Below, piece by piece: positions 51,805 to 64,000 of a DNA stretch of 64,000 nt. Source of the DNA: Azolla caroliniana (taxonomy: Eukaryota > Plantae > Polypodiophyta); contig JBHGNT010000007.1 of NCBI GenBank assembly GCA_043228905.1, positions 8,370,001 to 8,434,000 of the forward strand, in the 5' to 3' direction. A program made the translations under genes and the position numbers. How positions within the stretch are numbered: the stretch's first letter is position 1; each line of letters begins with the position of its first letter. The notes below the pieces were generated by a model. The model was not told the DNA's origin and made no database searches. It saw only the letters and a program-made list of their open reading frames with translations.

Positions 51805-51860
51805 TGGCACGCCTGGTGGGACTCGAACCCACAATCCCTTGATTAGAAGTCAAGTGCCTT
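51805..51860 (-). tRNA. Partial tRNA-Arg(UCU) copy (3' 56 nt including CCA) forming an extended PBS; not an intact tRNA gene
   Basis: Reverse complement AAGGCA CTTGA CTTCTAA TCAAG GGATT GTGGG TTCGAGT CCCAC CAGGCGT G CCA has an anticodon stem-loop with TCT, a T-arm and an encoded CCA. Confidence 0.85.
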
Positions 51861-51970
51861 CTAACTATCAGCACTCCCATTGCTCCTCCCCCTCACCTTC
51901 TCCTCCATCCTATCACAGAGCTCTAGCCCACCGCAACCACCAGTCTCCTTCCCACGAACCTACTCTGGCG

Positions 51971-54736
51971 ATGCCGATCTTCATCTCTACTGCCTTACGT
52001 CGATGGCTCGTGGAGAAACGCTGGGATGGGTACATCCGGGTCGCAGAGGCACCCCCACACCCGGTTGCCATGGACATCGCCAGGAAACTGAACATCGACA
52101 TGGTCACCAACTCTTCCATCCGGAAAAAGTTGGACTTGTCATCGCTAGGCGAAAGGCATTTCGAAATCCCTCCTGTAGAGGCGCTGCAACGATATTTCGG
52201 GCCATACTCCTCCTCCGCCAAGGCCTATAGAACGAAGCAGATCCCGGATCCCTTCTTCCGTGAAGTTGCCAAGTTCTTGTTAGAGGTCAGCTGCGTACAT
52301 GTCAACGCATATGGGATGCCCAAGCAGAAGGCGGGCATCATTATCGATACCTTTGAAGGACGTCCGGTCGACTGGGAGGTCATCACAGGGCTGACGTTAC
52401 AGGAAGGCCTGCATGCGTATCAGGCAGGAAAAAAGCTCAGGCCGATCATACAACAGTACCTTACGGTACTATTCCCACCCCAAGGCCTACCGGCACCACA
52501 ACCCAGCCGATCCACGCCCTCGCCCCGATCCGCGAAACGCAGGTTAGAGGAGTTAGCGGCCCCAGAGTGGGAAGAGGAACCCCAACCCGCCCAACCAGAC
52601 ATGCGGACAACACCTCCCCCCCAGCTAGACACACGGACAATGCAGGAGGAACAACCGACACGTTCTGTGGCAGCAACCCCAGAGCCCGACATCGAAACAC
52701 GATAGGATAGCCCCAAACCAAAATGACGTAGATTAGACAGGAAAGATGGGTGGGGATTGGTCAAAGATGTCCCCACGGCGGCAGAAACAATGACTGACAG
52801 CAATGGCTCCGCAACTACGGAGCACAATACCACCTTCGAAATCATCCGGTAGCCACGACCGATCATTATGACCCAGTCCCAACGAGGGAAAGCCGTATTG
52901 ACGGCGGAAAGCGAGGTGTTGGCATATCCAGATATCCCAGATACGGCCCATGAGTTAAGCGCCCTCTTACAATTCGGAACCTCTTTTGAGATCATGGAAT
53001 TCCTGGCAACACAACAAATAAAAGCCTCCCAACGAATGGCTGAGGAGCACGCAGAGCGCTAGATGATCGAGTGCGCCCTGACACAAACGACGGAGAGTGA
53101 CGATGAGGACCAGCTAGCCAGGGTCGGCAGATAGAGGAACGCTGGGGTACGCCGAGTAGGGATGGAGCTACCCCCATTAAACACGGCCCTAGTTGAAGTC
53201 CATAGGGAACTGGCAAAGGTTAGCACGGGCGCCAAGGAGATGGCCATTAAAAATAAGAATGTCTGGAAGAAGGTGAAAAATACCCAAGCCGAGCTGCAAA
53301 AAGCCAACGAATGCATCGCACAGTTGGAAGCTAACGCGACTACGACGCAACACACAACTCCGCCACCAAACCACGCCATCGACTCTTTGAAGGAAGAAAT
53401 TTAGGCTCAAACTGCCATCGCCTCAAAAGCAAAAAGGGCCATGCAACTTGCGGAATCAGAAATTGACCACCTTCGAGTTGAACTGCACCAATCCTCAGAT
53501 AGAGAAAAGGAGATCCGGGCTAACGGCCGTAAGGCAGTAAAAATCCTTGAAGAGAAACTCGCTACGGAGGTAGCTCAGCACATCCGGACAAAAGACGAAA
53601 ACGCCCAATTATAGGATGAAGCAAAGAAATTGGAGGTGGCAATCGTAGGACTTCGGGCCTTATTAGAGAAAAAGAAGGTATGGTTCAACGAGCAGCTGGT
53701 GGTCGAACAGGAAAGAAGGCATCAGCTCGAAATCCGCCTAAACAATGAAATGGGGAAATTAGAAGAACAACATGCAAAGGAATCCCAGCTGTGGGCGGGC
53801 CTGAAGGCCTGGTACGAAGAAGGGATGACGGTTAAACAACAAGAAATTGCAAACCTCCAGAAGTCGATGGAGGACGCACGCAACCGTTGCCAAGCCATCA
53901 CAGACAACGTACATATCCTTCTCCAAACAAATCGGGAGAGGTTCACAACGCAATTGAAAACGGCGCTGGACAAAGCATGGATGGCGTGGGCAACCCAGGC
54001 AACGGAATTGTACGCGTATCGTGCGGACTGGGAGAACCGGCGAAAAGACGGCCAAGGTTTCTATAAACTAAATGAGGAGAGCATTGCGGCCGTACGAGAG
54101 GACCTAGCGCAAGACTATCATGCGCTAGCGGACCAACACTCTGAAGAACTCGCATAGCTCTTAGACGATTTTGGTGAAAACTAGGAGGAGCTATTTCACC
54201 AGATCACACAAGCTGGCAACACGCGAACAAATGAGGAATCCAGTGCGACGCCAATTCCGGGCATGGCCGAAGAACAGGAACCTCAAGCCAGATCACCAGA
54301 AATTACAACGACGGTGAACAGCGCGGACCGACGAGCGAAGTCCCCCACAGTACCAGACAGCGAAACCATTGCCCAAGAGGAGGTCCATCCGCACGAGCCC
54401 ACGCTATCATCAGACCACACGGAAAACGGTGTGGGCTAGGCAGAATTGCAACCCCACTCCCCGGAACGTATAAAGACAGCCGACACCACGGAGGAAGTAA
54501 GGATTGAGACAGAGCTGCGGCCGATCGCAAGCACGTCGACGGCAGAGCCCAACCCACTAGCTCAAGAAGAGCCCATTGTACCCGGACCGACCTCACACGA
54601 CGACTGCGACACCGGGAGAAACCATTCCGACCAAACAAGGAAGCCCCACCACGATGCACCTACGGGCCCTACGTCGCCTCCGGACGCGGACACCGCAGCA
54701 GAGCCAAACATCTGGGCCATTTTGGAAGAAGATTAA
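51971..54736 (+). pseudogene. Single ~920-codon frame interrupted by stops: globular N-terminal domain, Pro-rich linker, long coiled coil, disordered tail
   Basis: ORF fragments at 51782, 52868, 53162, 53630 and 54446 share one frame, separated mostly by TAG/TGA stops consistent with C-to-T decay. Confidence 0.75.
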
Positions 54737-57700
54737 CGGGATGGGTCTGAAGTGCCAGGGCACTGTCCCACAGGCGTGCCAGGTGTTGTCCGCCGGAATA
54801 GTAACCGACAGACAAGAGCGTAGGAATAAGAAATAATATAAGATCATAACGCATGTAACGGTTCATGCAGGAAACGTGAACGACTAAATAGACCCTGCAT
54901 ATATAAAGGGTAGAAAACCTCTGATAGAGGGAGTGTGTAATTTTGGAATGTAAAGGAACGTATCATAATAGAATTCTATCTTCTCTGAAAGTCTGTGTAT
55001 AGCTATGGCTAATCTATTGTATGTGTGGAATACCTGAGCGTGTAAGAACGTAAGTGTAACCATTGCTAAGGAATCGGTTGTAGCCGTCTCCCTTATACGC
55101 TGATAGGTTACAGGGAACATTCCCCTACGCATTACGCATAGACGCCTATTCGTTGTTCCACAACCACTTGAAGGTCTAGGTCGAAGGACTAACCACAGAC
55201 CATGTTCCTAATCGGTAACAGGACCAACTCGGTGGCGCACATGGTGAATGCAATGAACAAGATACTAAGGGACTGTGTCCTGAACATCACCATGCCATTC
55301 TTGGACGACATCCCGATCAAGGGATGTCTGGTAGGGAATACAGATGAATCGGTCGGGCCGGACGGGTGCTGGAAATTCATCGCGGACCACACCAACGACT
55401 GTGAGAAGGTGCTACAGAGACTTGAGAGCGCGCGTCTCACCCTCTCTAGAGAGAAATCAGCTTTCGGGCACTCTAAGATCCTGGTAGTCGGGCACTTGTG
55501 CGGGCCTTACGACCGGAAACCGTCTCCGACGAAGGTGGGGGCCATCTCCGCGATGAAGGACAATTGCAGCTTGGTTACAGAGGTCCGGAGGTTCTGGGGG
55601 CGTGTGCATTCTATCACATCTAGATTCTGCACTATGCACACGTCGCGGATCCACTCTACGGGCTGCTTAGAAATGGGCGAAAATTTGATTGGGGCAAGGA
55701 GCATACGAAGTCGATCTGGAGACTGAAGGAGGCGCTTACTGCGGCACCGTCTCTCCGGAAAGCGGTTTACGGCAAGGAGGTCCCAATCTACGTAACCGTA
55801 GATACGAGCCCGACCTAGATAGGGTGGGTGATCAATCAGGAGGACGAGAGCGGCACGCGGTTCCCAATCCGGTTCGGGGCGAAGGTTCTCAATGAGCAAC
55901 AGCGAGGATACGCCCAAGTTAAGCGCGAACTGTGAGGTATCGTTTTGGCGGCCAAGACCGATAAAGACTACTTGATCGGGACAGAAGTAATCATCAAGAC
56001 GGATTGCCTGCCGATCCTCGACATGGTTTCCGGATGCGCGACTCTGGACCTAGCAATGCTCAGGTCAATCGCGTACATTAAGTCCCTGGACCTGGAGATA
56101 CGACACATCTCCGAAAAGGACAAAACCATGGCCGATATGCTTTCTAGAGCTCCTTTCAACGACGAGAACGGTATGGTTTCGGAGGACGAAGAAGTCGGCG
56201 TAGACTTCTTCGAGTCGGCTCGCGTAGCGACAAGGGCAGGGAGCACTCCGGCACTCAACGAGAGCACTCCGGCACTCAACGAGAGCGAGTACAACGGGGA
56301 GTGGCTCCAGATTGGAAGGTTCCTAAGGACAATGATGCCGGACTCGACATGGACCAGAGAGGAGGCTAACGAGATCCGGAAGAAAGCATAGCGATTCTTC
56401 CTACGGGATGGAAGTATATGGAAGCTCCCAAACAAGCGAGGCGGCGTTCCACTCTGCGTAGTGGCGAGAAAGGACGAACAGGGCAAGTTGTTAATGGCGT
56501 ACCACGAGAGTCCTTGGGCCGGACATCGCGGGACATTGGCCACATTCGAGAAGCTGAAAGAGAAATATTGGTGGCTGGGGTTGTACCGGGATGTGTACCA
56601 ATTCGTGACGACGTGCGAAAGCTGTCAGCTGCACTCCACAGTCTGACATTGAGATGAGCTACACCCGACCTACCCACCAACCGTCCATTTCAAGTGGATG
56701 GTAGACTTAGTGACGATGCCGATGGGGGTAGGGCATATGCGGTACCTGGTGATTGCGCGGGAGGATTTGACGAACCAGTGGAGGGCCGCGCACTACAGAA
56801 CAAGACGACTACGGCGGCGTGCCGGTTTCTGATCGAAGAGGTAGTATGTCGGTACGGGTGTGTAGGGAAGATCGTGGCGGACCGAGGAGAGCTGAACACG
56901 CAAGAAGCTGAGGAGTTGTTCGACCGACTAGGGGTCAAGCTCTCTCTCACCACGACATACAATCTAGAGGCCAATGAGAAGGTAGAATGTGGGCACGGGC
57001 CGATCGTGAAGGCGCTGGTACGCGCGTGCAACGGACAGGTCGGAAATTGGCTGCGGCTCCTTCCTTACGCGTTGTGGGCGGATTGGACTACGCACAGTTC
57101 GGTAACAAGGTTCATGCCAGCGGAGCTTATGTACGGGTAGAGGCCTATCATGCCGATGGACTAGACGATTTCCTCTTGGGCGGTGATAGATTGGAGAGAC
57201 GAGATGAGCCGGGAGGAGTTGTTGGCGGTGCGGATTCGACAGCTCGAGCGAAGACCAGAGGACGTGGAGCGTGCAAAGGCGAAGCTACATGCGGCGAGGG
57301 AGAGGAACAAAGGCCGGTTCGACCGGACGCACTGGATATGGCCAAAGAAGATCGAGGAAGGCGATTGGGTGTTGGTGTACAACAGCAATCTTGACAACCA
57401 GCACAAGGCAATGCGCAAATTCATGAGGAGGTGGTTCGGGCCCTACTCTGTAACGAGCGTGAACGACAACGAGACGTATCATCTTACGGAGCTCGACGGG
57501 ACACGATTAACAGTGCCGGTAGCCAGGACGCGGATCAAGGCGTTTAAGAAACGCAGGAGGGCGAGCCGAACGTGGGAAGCGTGACCGACGACGACGACCG
57601 GTTCGGAGCAGACGAGGATTCGGGAAGTGATGGTTGATTACGGGCCGGTCTTCTCTGGCGATTATTAGTGTCTAGCGCATACTGGTGGATGCGCGGTTTG

Positions 57701-58078
57701 GTGGGGGTGGATGTTGCGAAGAAAACCGGCGCTAAGAGGAATCGAGGAATTAAAGGCATGAACCCACCCTTGCACGAGTGTGCACGAGTGTACATAACTA
57801 GGAATAGGACGGTTGATGTAAATATACTAGGTATGACATATTTATTAGCTAGGAAATCGACGTGTATCTCTGTCCGAAGGGACAGAGAATAAAGTTGATG
57901 TGTTTTGATGTAACGGCCTCCTCGACGACCTATAAAAGGGAGAGGAGAAGAAGAAGAAGGGATCGCGTTTTTGGAGACGAGGAGGTGCTGTCGGACTGGG
58001 TATCGAGCTCTCTCCTCCACTATTTTTGCTCTCCACTCTGTTCTGGGTCGGTTGCCTTTGCTGTGTGTAAGCCCGCGT

Positions 58079-58984
58079 TGTCGTAGTGTAATTCGCACAC
58101 TACGTGAAAAATTACATTTTTGGTCTCTCCGGATAGGGCATGGAGTACCCGGTGAGAACCGGAAGAAGGAATCGGTAAGGACCGAAACCGGTAAGGAGAC
58201 CCGGCAAGAGCCAGATGAAGAAGGCCAATGAGAGTCGGTGAGAAACGGAAGAGGACCGGTAAGAAGGATCCGGTAAGAACCAGATAAAGAAAATCGGCGA
58301 GAACCGGATGAAGCAGAACCGGAAAGAGCTGGATGAAGAAGGCCGGTGAGAGTCTCTCACCGGATGAAGAGACATATTTGTAAATAGAATAAAGTATAAA
58401 AATATATATATTACATGCATAGGGCAAGATTCGAACCTTGCACCTCCATGTTAATAATGTTAAGCCTTATCACTATACTAGCGTATTATGAATTTTAAAG
58501 TTATACTAAACTTTATCCCATGTAAAATTTCTAGACATACATGGTACAAAAAGTTATTCATGCATAAACACTCGAGTAAAAAAGAAAAGATGAGATAGAA
58601 ACTAATCATGCACATGCAGTGTGCATGAAAACTAAAAAGAGGAAAATTATGATGCTTGCATGTAATAAACTTAGACTCTTCCAACACTATATAAGGAAGA
58701 GAGAAAGATGTATAGAGGTTGTTGAATATTTTACAAGGGTTGATCAATCTAATATATTCGTGGGATTCACGATTTTTTTTCCATCTACTTCTCTCTTACA
58801 TTCTAAGTATCAATTAATACACTATACTTGTGGGATTCACGAGTTTCATATCTTCTTTCAAATATTATTCTTTCTTGCAATCGATTCATAAGGAGCCTTA
58901 TCTCATATTCTTCTTTCTCCTAGTCCAAAACCTCAGCGGTTCCCACCCGACTCACGCAACGATCCGGAGCCGAAAGGCACGACA
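58079..58984 (+). mobile_element. Solo LTR J inserted in the element E 3' LTR, 4-bp TSD GCGT
   Basis: TGTCGT...ACGACA ends; the 5' LTR shows the empty site CCTGCGTGTTTCC; CCGG-rich repeats at 58130-58365. Confidence 0.88.
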
Positions 58985-59272
58985 GCGTGCTTCCAGCAGA
59001 GGCTCCATCGTGCGTTCTCTGTGTCGCGTGTGTGTGTGTGGGTTCTCTGTGTTGGGTCTATTGCCGGCTTGCCGGTTGTAATCTTGCATACATTTTAGCC
59101 TTGTTAGTTATTGAATCTAAACTTCTGTCTTCTCTCTCTTGTGTTCTCTTGAGTTCCCTCTACCTTGTCCAGTGAGCGTGTATCAGGTTTGGAGACTATA
59201 CGCGTTCAGGTCTCATTCGTCTAGCAACACTGTCGGCAACGAGTAGGCCGAGCCAGCGATACGCTCGCGTAT

Positions 59273-59316
<44 letters not shown>

Positions 59317-60346
59317 GATCTCTTAAGCCCCTCGGTCCAAGACCCCCACGGTCCCGCCTTAATTTCTCCAGCGCGAGCGGAACTACATGACAACGTGTTA
59401 GTACTTTTGTCAGTCCGTATGGACTTGTATAAAAGTGGTCTCTGAGCACATCCTATGTACAGAGTCTTAGAGTATTGTTTTGGAATAGATTTTTATGTGT
59501 TCTGCTCTCTCTGTCTCTCCCGCATGCACTGTGTTGATTAAGCTTTCCATTAAACCTTCTTTGTTTTCTGCCTGTTGTTACCCGGTTGTGTCTATTATGC
59601 TTACACACGTATTCTTTTACATGGTATCAGAGCGCAAGGGTTGAGATCCTCTACTGCCGACAAACAGACAAACCCTAATCACGATGAAAGAATAGAAGAA
59701 GAAAAGAATGGACAGAGGAATGGCTAGCTCACTTCCGACGGAGAATCTCGACAGAAGCAACACAACCAAGATGCACCAGTACCTACTCGGGCAAGGCTAC
59801 TACAGTTATGTTGATGGAGCTAATGATGCAACACCCAAATTGACACACAGAGATTTCCCAGCATGGGAACAGGCAGCAAGCAGAGTTCTCGTGAGACGAC
59901 ACTCTGCATACCATCGAACATGTCGGTGAAGTTCCCCTCAGCCACGTCGAACAGAATGGGAAACTCATGAACGTGCTACACGTCCCGACAATAACCAAGA
60001 ACATGGTGTCGGTCGGATAGATTGTCGACCAGGGGATACAAGTTTGATTCACGCATTTCGGTTGCTACATCGAAGAAGAGGGCAAAGTCATTGCGCAAGG
60101 GCATAGAGAAAGGAGGATGTTCATCCTCAACACCAATGAAGTCCGAACCGCGCTATTTGCAAAAGGACAGAAGGTCGAGTTGGCAATCGACCTATAGCAC
60201 AAGCGGTTCGACCATGTTAATTTCCAGCGACTTTGTGAAATGCAAGCCAAGAACATTGTTTTTGGATTGCCGAAATTCAGTGGCCGGAACTACCAAGTCT
60301 GCGATGCAAGGAGTCGAAATCCGCTCGATGTGATCCATTCGACCAG

Positions 60347-61467
60347 TGTCGTGTGAATCTTCACATTCTATATAAAATAATAATAAAATAATTCATTTAG
60401 ATTAGCTTAAGTTCTTGGCATGAAAAAGATACACATCTTCAAGAGTTTCCAAACACAATTTATTACATATAAAATGGACAACTAAGTATCAAGTTATAAG
60501 AGTATAAAGTTCGAGAAGATGAGTAAAACAAAACTATGAGATATCCCACATAGATAGGAAACTTTTGGATCTAACACTATATAAGTAGACAGAGACCATT
60601 AGTTTATATCAATGTGTTAGGAGCACAGAAGGAATGGTTGGACTTGGGCTATAAACTATTCGGATGCGACCGGATGGATCATGCATGGGTAGAACTTTAC
60701 GGATAATAGGATAATGCGGACAAATTAAAGTAAAGTAAAGTAAAGGTCATGTGGAAGGCATGCAACTAAAGTGAAGATCATGTGTGGACGCATGAAAACG
60801 GGGGGTTTTCCTTCATGCAAGTAAGAATTGAAGTGGGGAAAAAGGGGGAAAAGTAATCTTTTTCTCATAGAATCTTAGAATTGGGAAAAGAGAAATCTAT
60901 CCCTCGAGGAAACCCTAATCCTAATTTTTCTTATAAAATCTATCCCTCAAGGAAACCCTAATCCTAATTTTTCTTATCGAATCTATCCCTCGAGGAAACC
61001 CTAATCCTAAATTTTCTTATCGAATATATCCCTCGAGGAAACCCTTATCCTAAATTTTCTTTTCGAATCCATCTCTCAAGGAAGCTACCACTCAAGAAAC
61101 CCTAATTTTTTGATGGGAGCCATAAACTCTAATTTCCTTATCAAAACCATATCATTCAAGAACCCTAATTTTTCTTATATGAGTTATCTCTTGATGATCC
61201 CTAATTATTTTTTTCTTATTTGAAGACATATCTCATAAATTTGAATCTTGATTTTCTTTTTCCTTATCGAAGCCTCATAAACCCTAAACATTTGTAATCC
61301 CAATCTTGGGATAGATTGTAATTTTTCTTCTTCTTTGTTAATGAAATTTAATAAACTTTCTCATTTCCGTTAATTCTTAAACACAAACGCACGAATTTGA
61401 TATCCTTTGGTAGTAGGCCCCAAGGTCCTGCCTCAAGTTCACGTGTCTTTGTTGTATTTTCGCGACG
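60347..61467 (+). mobile_element. Solo LTR K inserted in the element D integrase, TSD CCAG/CCGG
   Basis: TGTCGTG start and TTCGCGACG end (cf. element F TTCGCGACA); interrupts the HS..PA.NVSIGGSRYF coding sequence. Confidence 0.75.
60894..61110. repeat. ~43-bp tandem repeat containing the telobox AAACCCTAA
   Basis: AATCTATCCCTCGAGGAAACCCTAATCCTAATTTTTCTTAT, about 4 copies plus degenerate ones. Confidence 0.9.
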
Positions 61468-64000
61468 CCGGCATAAAACGTGAGCATTGGAGGAAGCCGT
61501 TACTTCATAACCTTCATTGATGACTTCACTTGGCACACTTGGGCGTACTTGATCGCGAAAAAGAGCGAAGTCTTCACGTGTTTCTTGAAGGTGAAGAGCC
61601 TCACGGAAAGGGAAATTGGACGAAAGATCAAGTGCCTAAGGTCTGATGGCGGGAAGGAGTACTTCTCTGACCAGTTCTCGAGTTATCTACAGAAGGAGCG
61701 AATTCGACGCGAATTCTCGTGTAGATACACGTTGCAACAGAAGGGCGTGGCCGAGAGGAAGAATCGGACGATAGAGGAGGCAGCAAGGGCAATGCTTGAA
61801 GAGAAGTATTTGCCTAAGTTGTATTGGGCACATGTGATTAGAATAGTTGTCTACCTCCAGAATCGGGCATGTGCCAATGGAGGAGTGTTGCCACATGAGT
61901 TGTATTTCAAGAAGAAGCTGAACTTGGCACACTTGCGGGTTTTCGGTAGGATCGCGTATGTGCATGTGCCGAAGGAGAAACGGAGGAAGCTGGACGCCAA
62001 AGCCAAGAAGTGTATCTTGGTTGGCTACTTGGACGAACAGAAGGGTTATAACTGTTATAACCCCCGAACCAAACAAGCTCGCGTAAGTCATGATGTTGTG
62101 TTTGACGAGTCTGCGTCGTGGTACTTGCCTTTGCCTCCAACCCCTGATGATTCCATTCCGATCTTTGACGAAGAGGTCAACGAGGCTGAAATGCCTCGAG
62201 ACGAAGGAGACATCGGAGCTCCTGAAGAGAGTTTGATCTCGTTCAGGCTAAGTGGGCCGAATGAGCGACTAAGTCGGCATGACCAGTCAGACGCAAAGCC
62301 GATGAGTAGTGGGGACTTGGCCATGCATTCCTGGCGCAAGACGCCGAGGAGATGGCTTACGCATGAAGAGAAGGGAAAGAAGAAGATGCCAGAGTATACG
62401 GCACTGATAAAGACGAGTCGAATCGAAGCAAATCCGACTTAGAGAAGAACGAAGACGGACCTTCGAAAACAAAGTTCGTGTCGGCCAAGAGGGCTTCAAA
62501 ATCGGCTAATGAGCAATTACGCCGATCTACCCGCCAGAAGAACCTCGTGGTGCGGTTTGGATATACGAGTACATGGCACATCATTATGCGTACATGAGGC
62601 AAGTGGCGGAAGTGAGTGAGCTGGAGAGCTATGTAGAAGCGGCGAAGGACACAACTTGGCGTGCCGCAATGGAGGAAGAGATGCATGCATTAACGGAAAA
62701 TGAAACCTGGGACCTGGTTGACGCTCCGAAGGGTGTAAAACCAATTGGATGCAGGTGGGTGTACAAGGTCAAGTACAACATTGACGACCTTGTCAACCGA
62801 TACAAGGCCCGATTAGTGGCAAAAGGCTACGCGCAGAAGCACGACATCGATTACGATGAGACCTTCGTGCGTGTCGCGAAGATGAACACTGTCTGTGTTT
62901 AGCTGGCCATAGCAGTGGTGAAGGGGTTGCACTTACATCAGATGGATGTAAAGAATGCCTTCCTGCAAGGAGATCTTGAGGAAAAGGTGTACATGGTACA
63001 ACCCCCTGGTTTTCTATCCGACCGGAACACCTCGGCAGTTTGTCGACTAAAGAAGTTCCTCTATTGACTAAAACAAGCCTCGCATGCATGGAACGCCAAG
63101 ATCATGCAACGCCTGCGTCGGATGGGGTTTGCGATGTCCATATCGAACTCTTCATTGTTCATCCGGCAAGGTCGACGTGAACTAGTTAGTAGTTTACTCT
63201 ATGTTGATGATTTATTCATCGTCGGCGCCGACCTAGAAGAAATCGGCCACGTAAAGTCCTAGTTTGTGGTATCATTCGACATGAAGGACCTAGAGGACCT
63301 TCATTACTTCCTAGGGATTGAAGTGATCCGCACCCCTGAAGGCATACTGATTAGCCAACGACATTACGTGTTGAGTATGCGCTTCAAGTTTGGGATGGTC
63401 AACTGTAAGTCCATCTCAACTCCTCTAGACAGAAATGTCAAGCTTTGCCGAGATTCGGGAAAGGCGTGCGACCCGACACGGTTCTGATAGATTGTTAGAA
63501 GCCTAATTTATTTGACGATCACTCGGCCGGATCTCAGTTACCCAGTTGGCCTTATCAGTCAATTTATGTCGCAGTCCATGGCCAAACACCTTCAGTGCGA
63601 GCAAAGGATATTGCGTTATGTCTGCAGCACTAAGGATAGGGCACTGCTATATCGAACCGGTATTGCTGCATAGCTCGCCGGCTACTCGGATTCTGATTGG
63701 GCCAGAAACGCCGGCAATCGTAGATCCACATTTGGGTTCGCTTTCTCGCTTGGGAGCGCCGCGATTGCCTGGAGCAACAAGAAGTAGCCGACCGTTGCAT
63801 TGTCGAGCACGGAGGCTGTATCGAGGAGCGGTTATCGCAACATGCGAAGCCATTGGCTCAAGAGGCTACTCAAGGATCTGCAGGTGGAGGTGTTTGCTCC
63901 GCCGACGATCTACGACAACCTCAACAGCATCCAACTTGCAAAAAACCCTATCTTCCACGCCCGGACCAAGCACATTGAGGTGCACTACCATTTTGTCCAC

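Larger units (their letters stand above)
51364..55220 (+). mobile_element. Non-autonomous LTR element I (tRNA-Arg PBS, Tat/Ogre-like) inserted in the element E RT; LTRs 51364-51800 and 54784-55220, TSD GGACC
   Basis: 437-bp LTRs about 96% identical (about 18 differences by eye), TGTT...AACA ends and a 5-bp TSD. Removing it restores LPQGGT-NSVAH. No gag or pol motifs seen. Confidence 0.93.
47362..59392 (+). mobile_element. Non-chromovirus Ty3/Gypsy element E (degenerate, autonomous type); LTRs 47362-48130 and 57712-59392, tRNA-Trp PBS 48137-48154, 4-bp TSD ACGT
   Basis: Matching LTRs; gag 48172-49520 (CMWCDAVGHIRKEC), PR ALIDHGSEINLM, RT (NRWFTVRKKNG, DLYSGYDQ, FLDDI), RH, INT (GHRG..ATF, WFGPY); PPT GGTGGGGGTGGA. 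Confidence 0.93.
47207..64000 (+). mobile_element. Ty1/Copia element D inserted in the element C 5' LTR; LTR 47207-47361 plus 59397-59621, iMet PBS 59622-59633, internally deleted gag-pol running off the right edge
   Basis: TGTTGAAATACAAGCTCAACA start; the rejoined LTR resembles the element A LTR; INT 61480-62442 (CLRSDGGKEY), RT ([22 protein letters not shown]), RH up to RTKHIEVHYHFV. Confidence 0.9.

Noticed and set aside
51805-51860. Functional tRNA-Arg gene
   Set aside because: Lacks the 5' acceptor strand and most of the D-arm, encodes CCA, and sits at the PBS position

Overview
Plant nuclear DNA, probably a large-genome non-seed plant such as a fern (inferred from the retroelement types and GA/TG microsatellites). 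The left 25 kb holds one clear host gene, a six-exon minus-strand SAP30-function-related (AFR-like) HDAC complex subunit of 255 aa. It has one GC-AG intron and a 50-codon uORF in its leader. From about 25.3 kb to the end is a nest of Ty1/Copia and Ty3/Gypsy LTR retrotransposons up to five levels deep. Unusual features: (1) a tRNA-Trp-primed Gypsy group (autonomous, pol-less and solo-LTR members, TGTCG...CGACA-type ends) whose five visible insertion sites are all 4-mers centred on CpG; (2) antisense tRNA-like A/B-box modules in four LTR types; (3) a chromovirus with a mutated U5 end that carries a 2-LTR-circle-type junction and a U3-U3 foldback; (4) a PBS extended into 56 nt of tRNA-Arg; (5) a Tf1-like self-priming chromovirus. 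All calls were made by eye without database searches.
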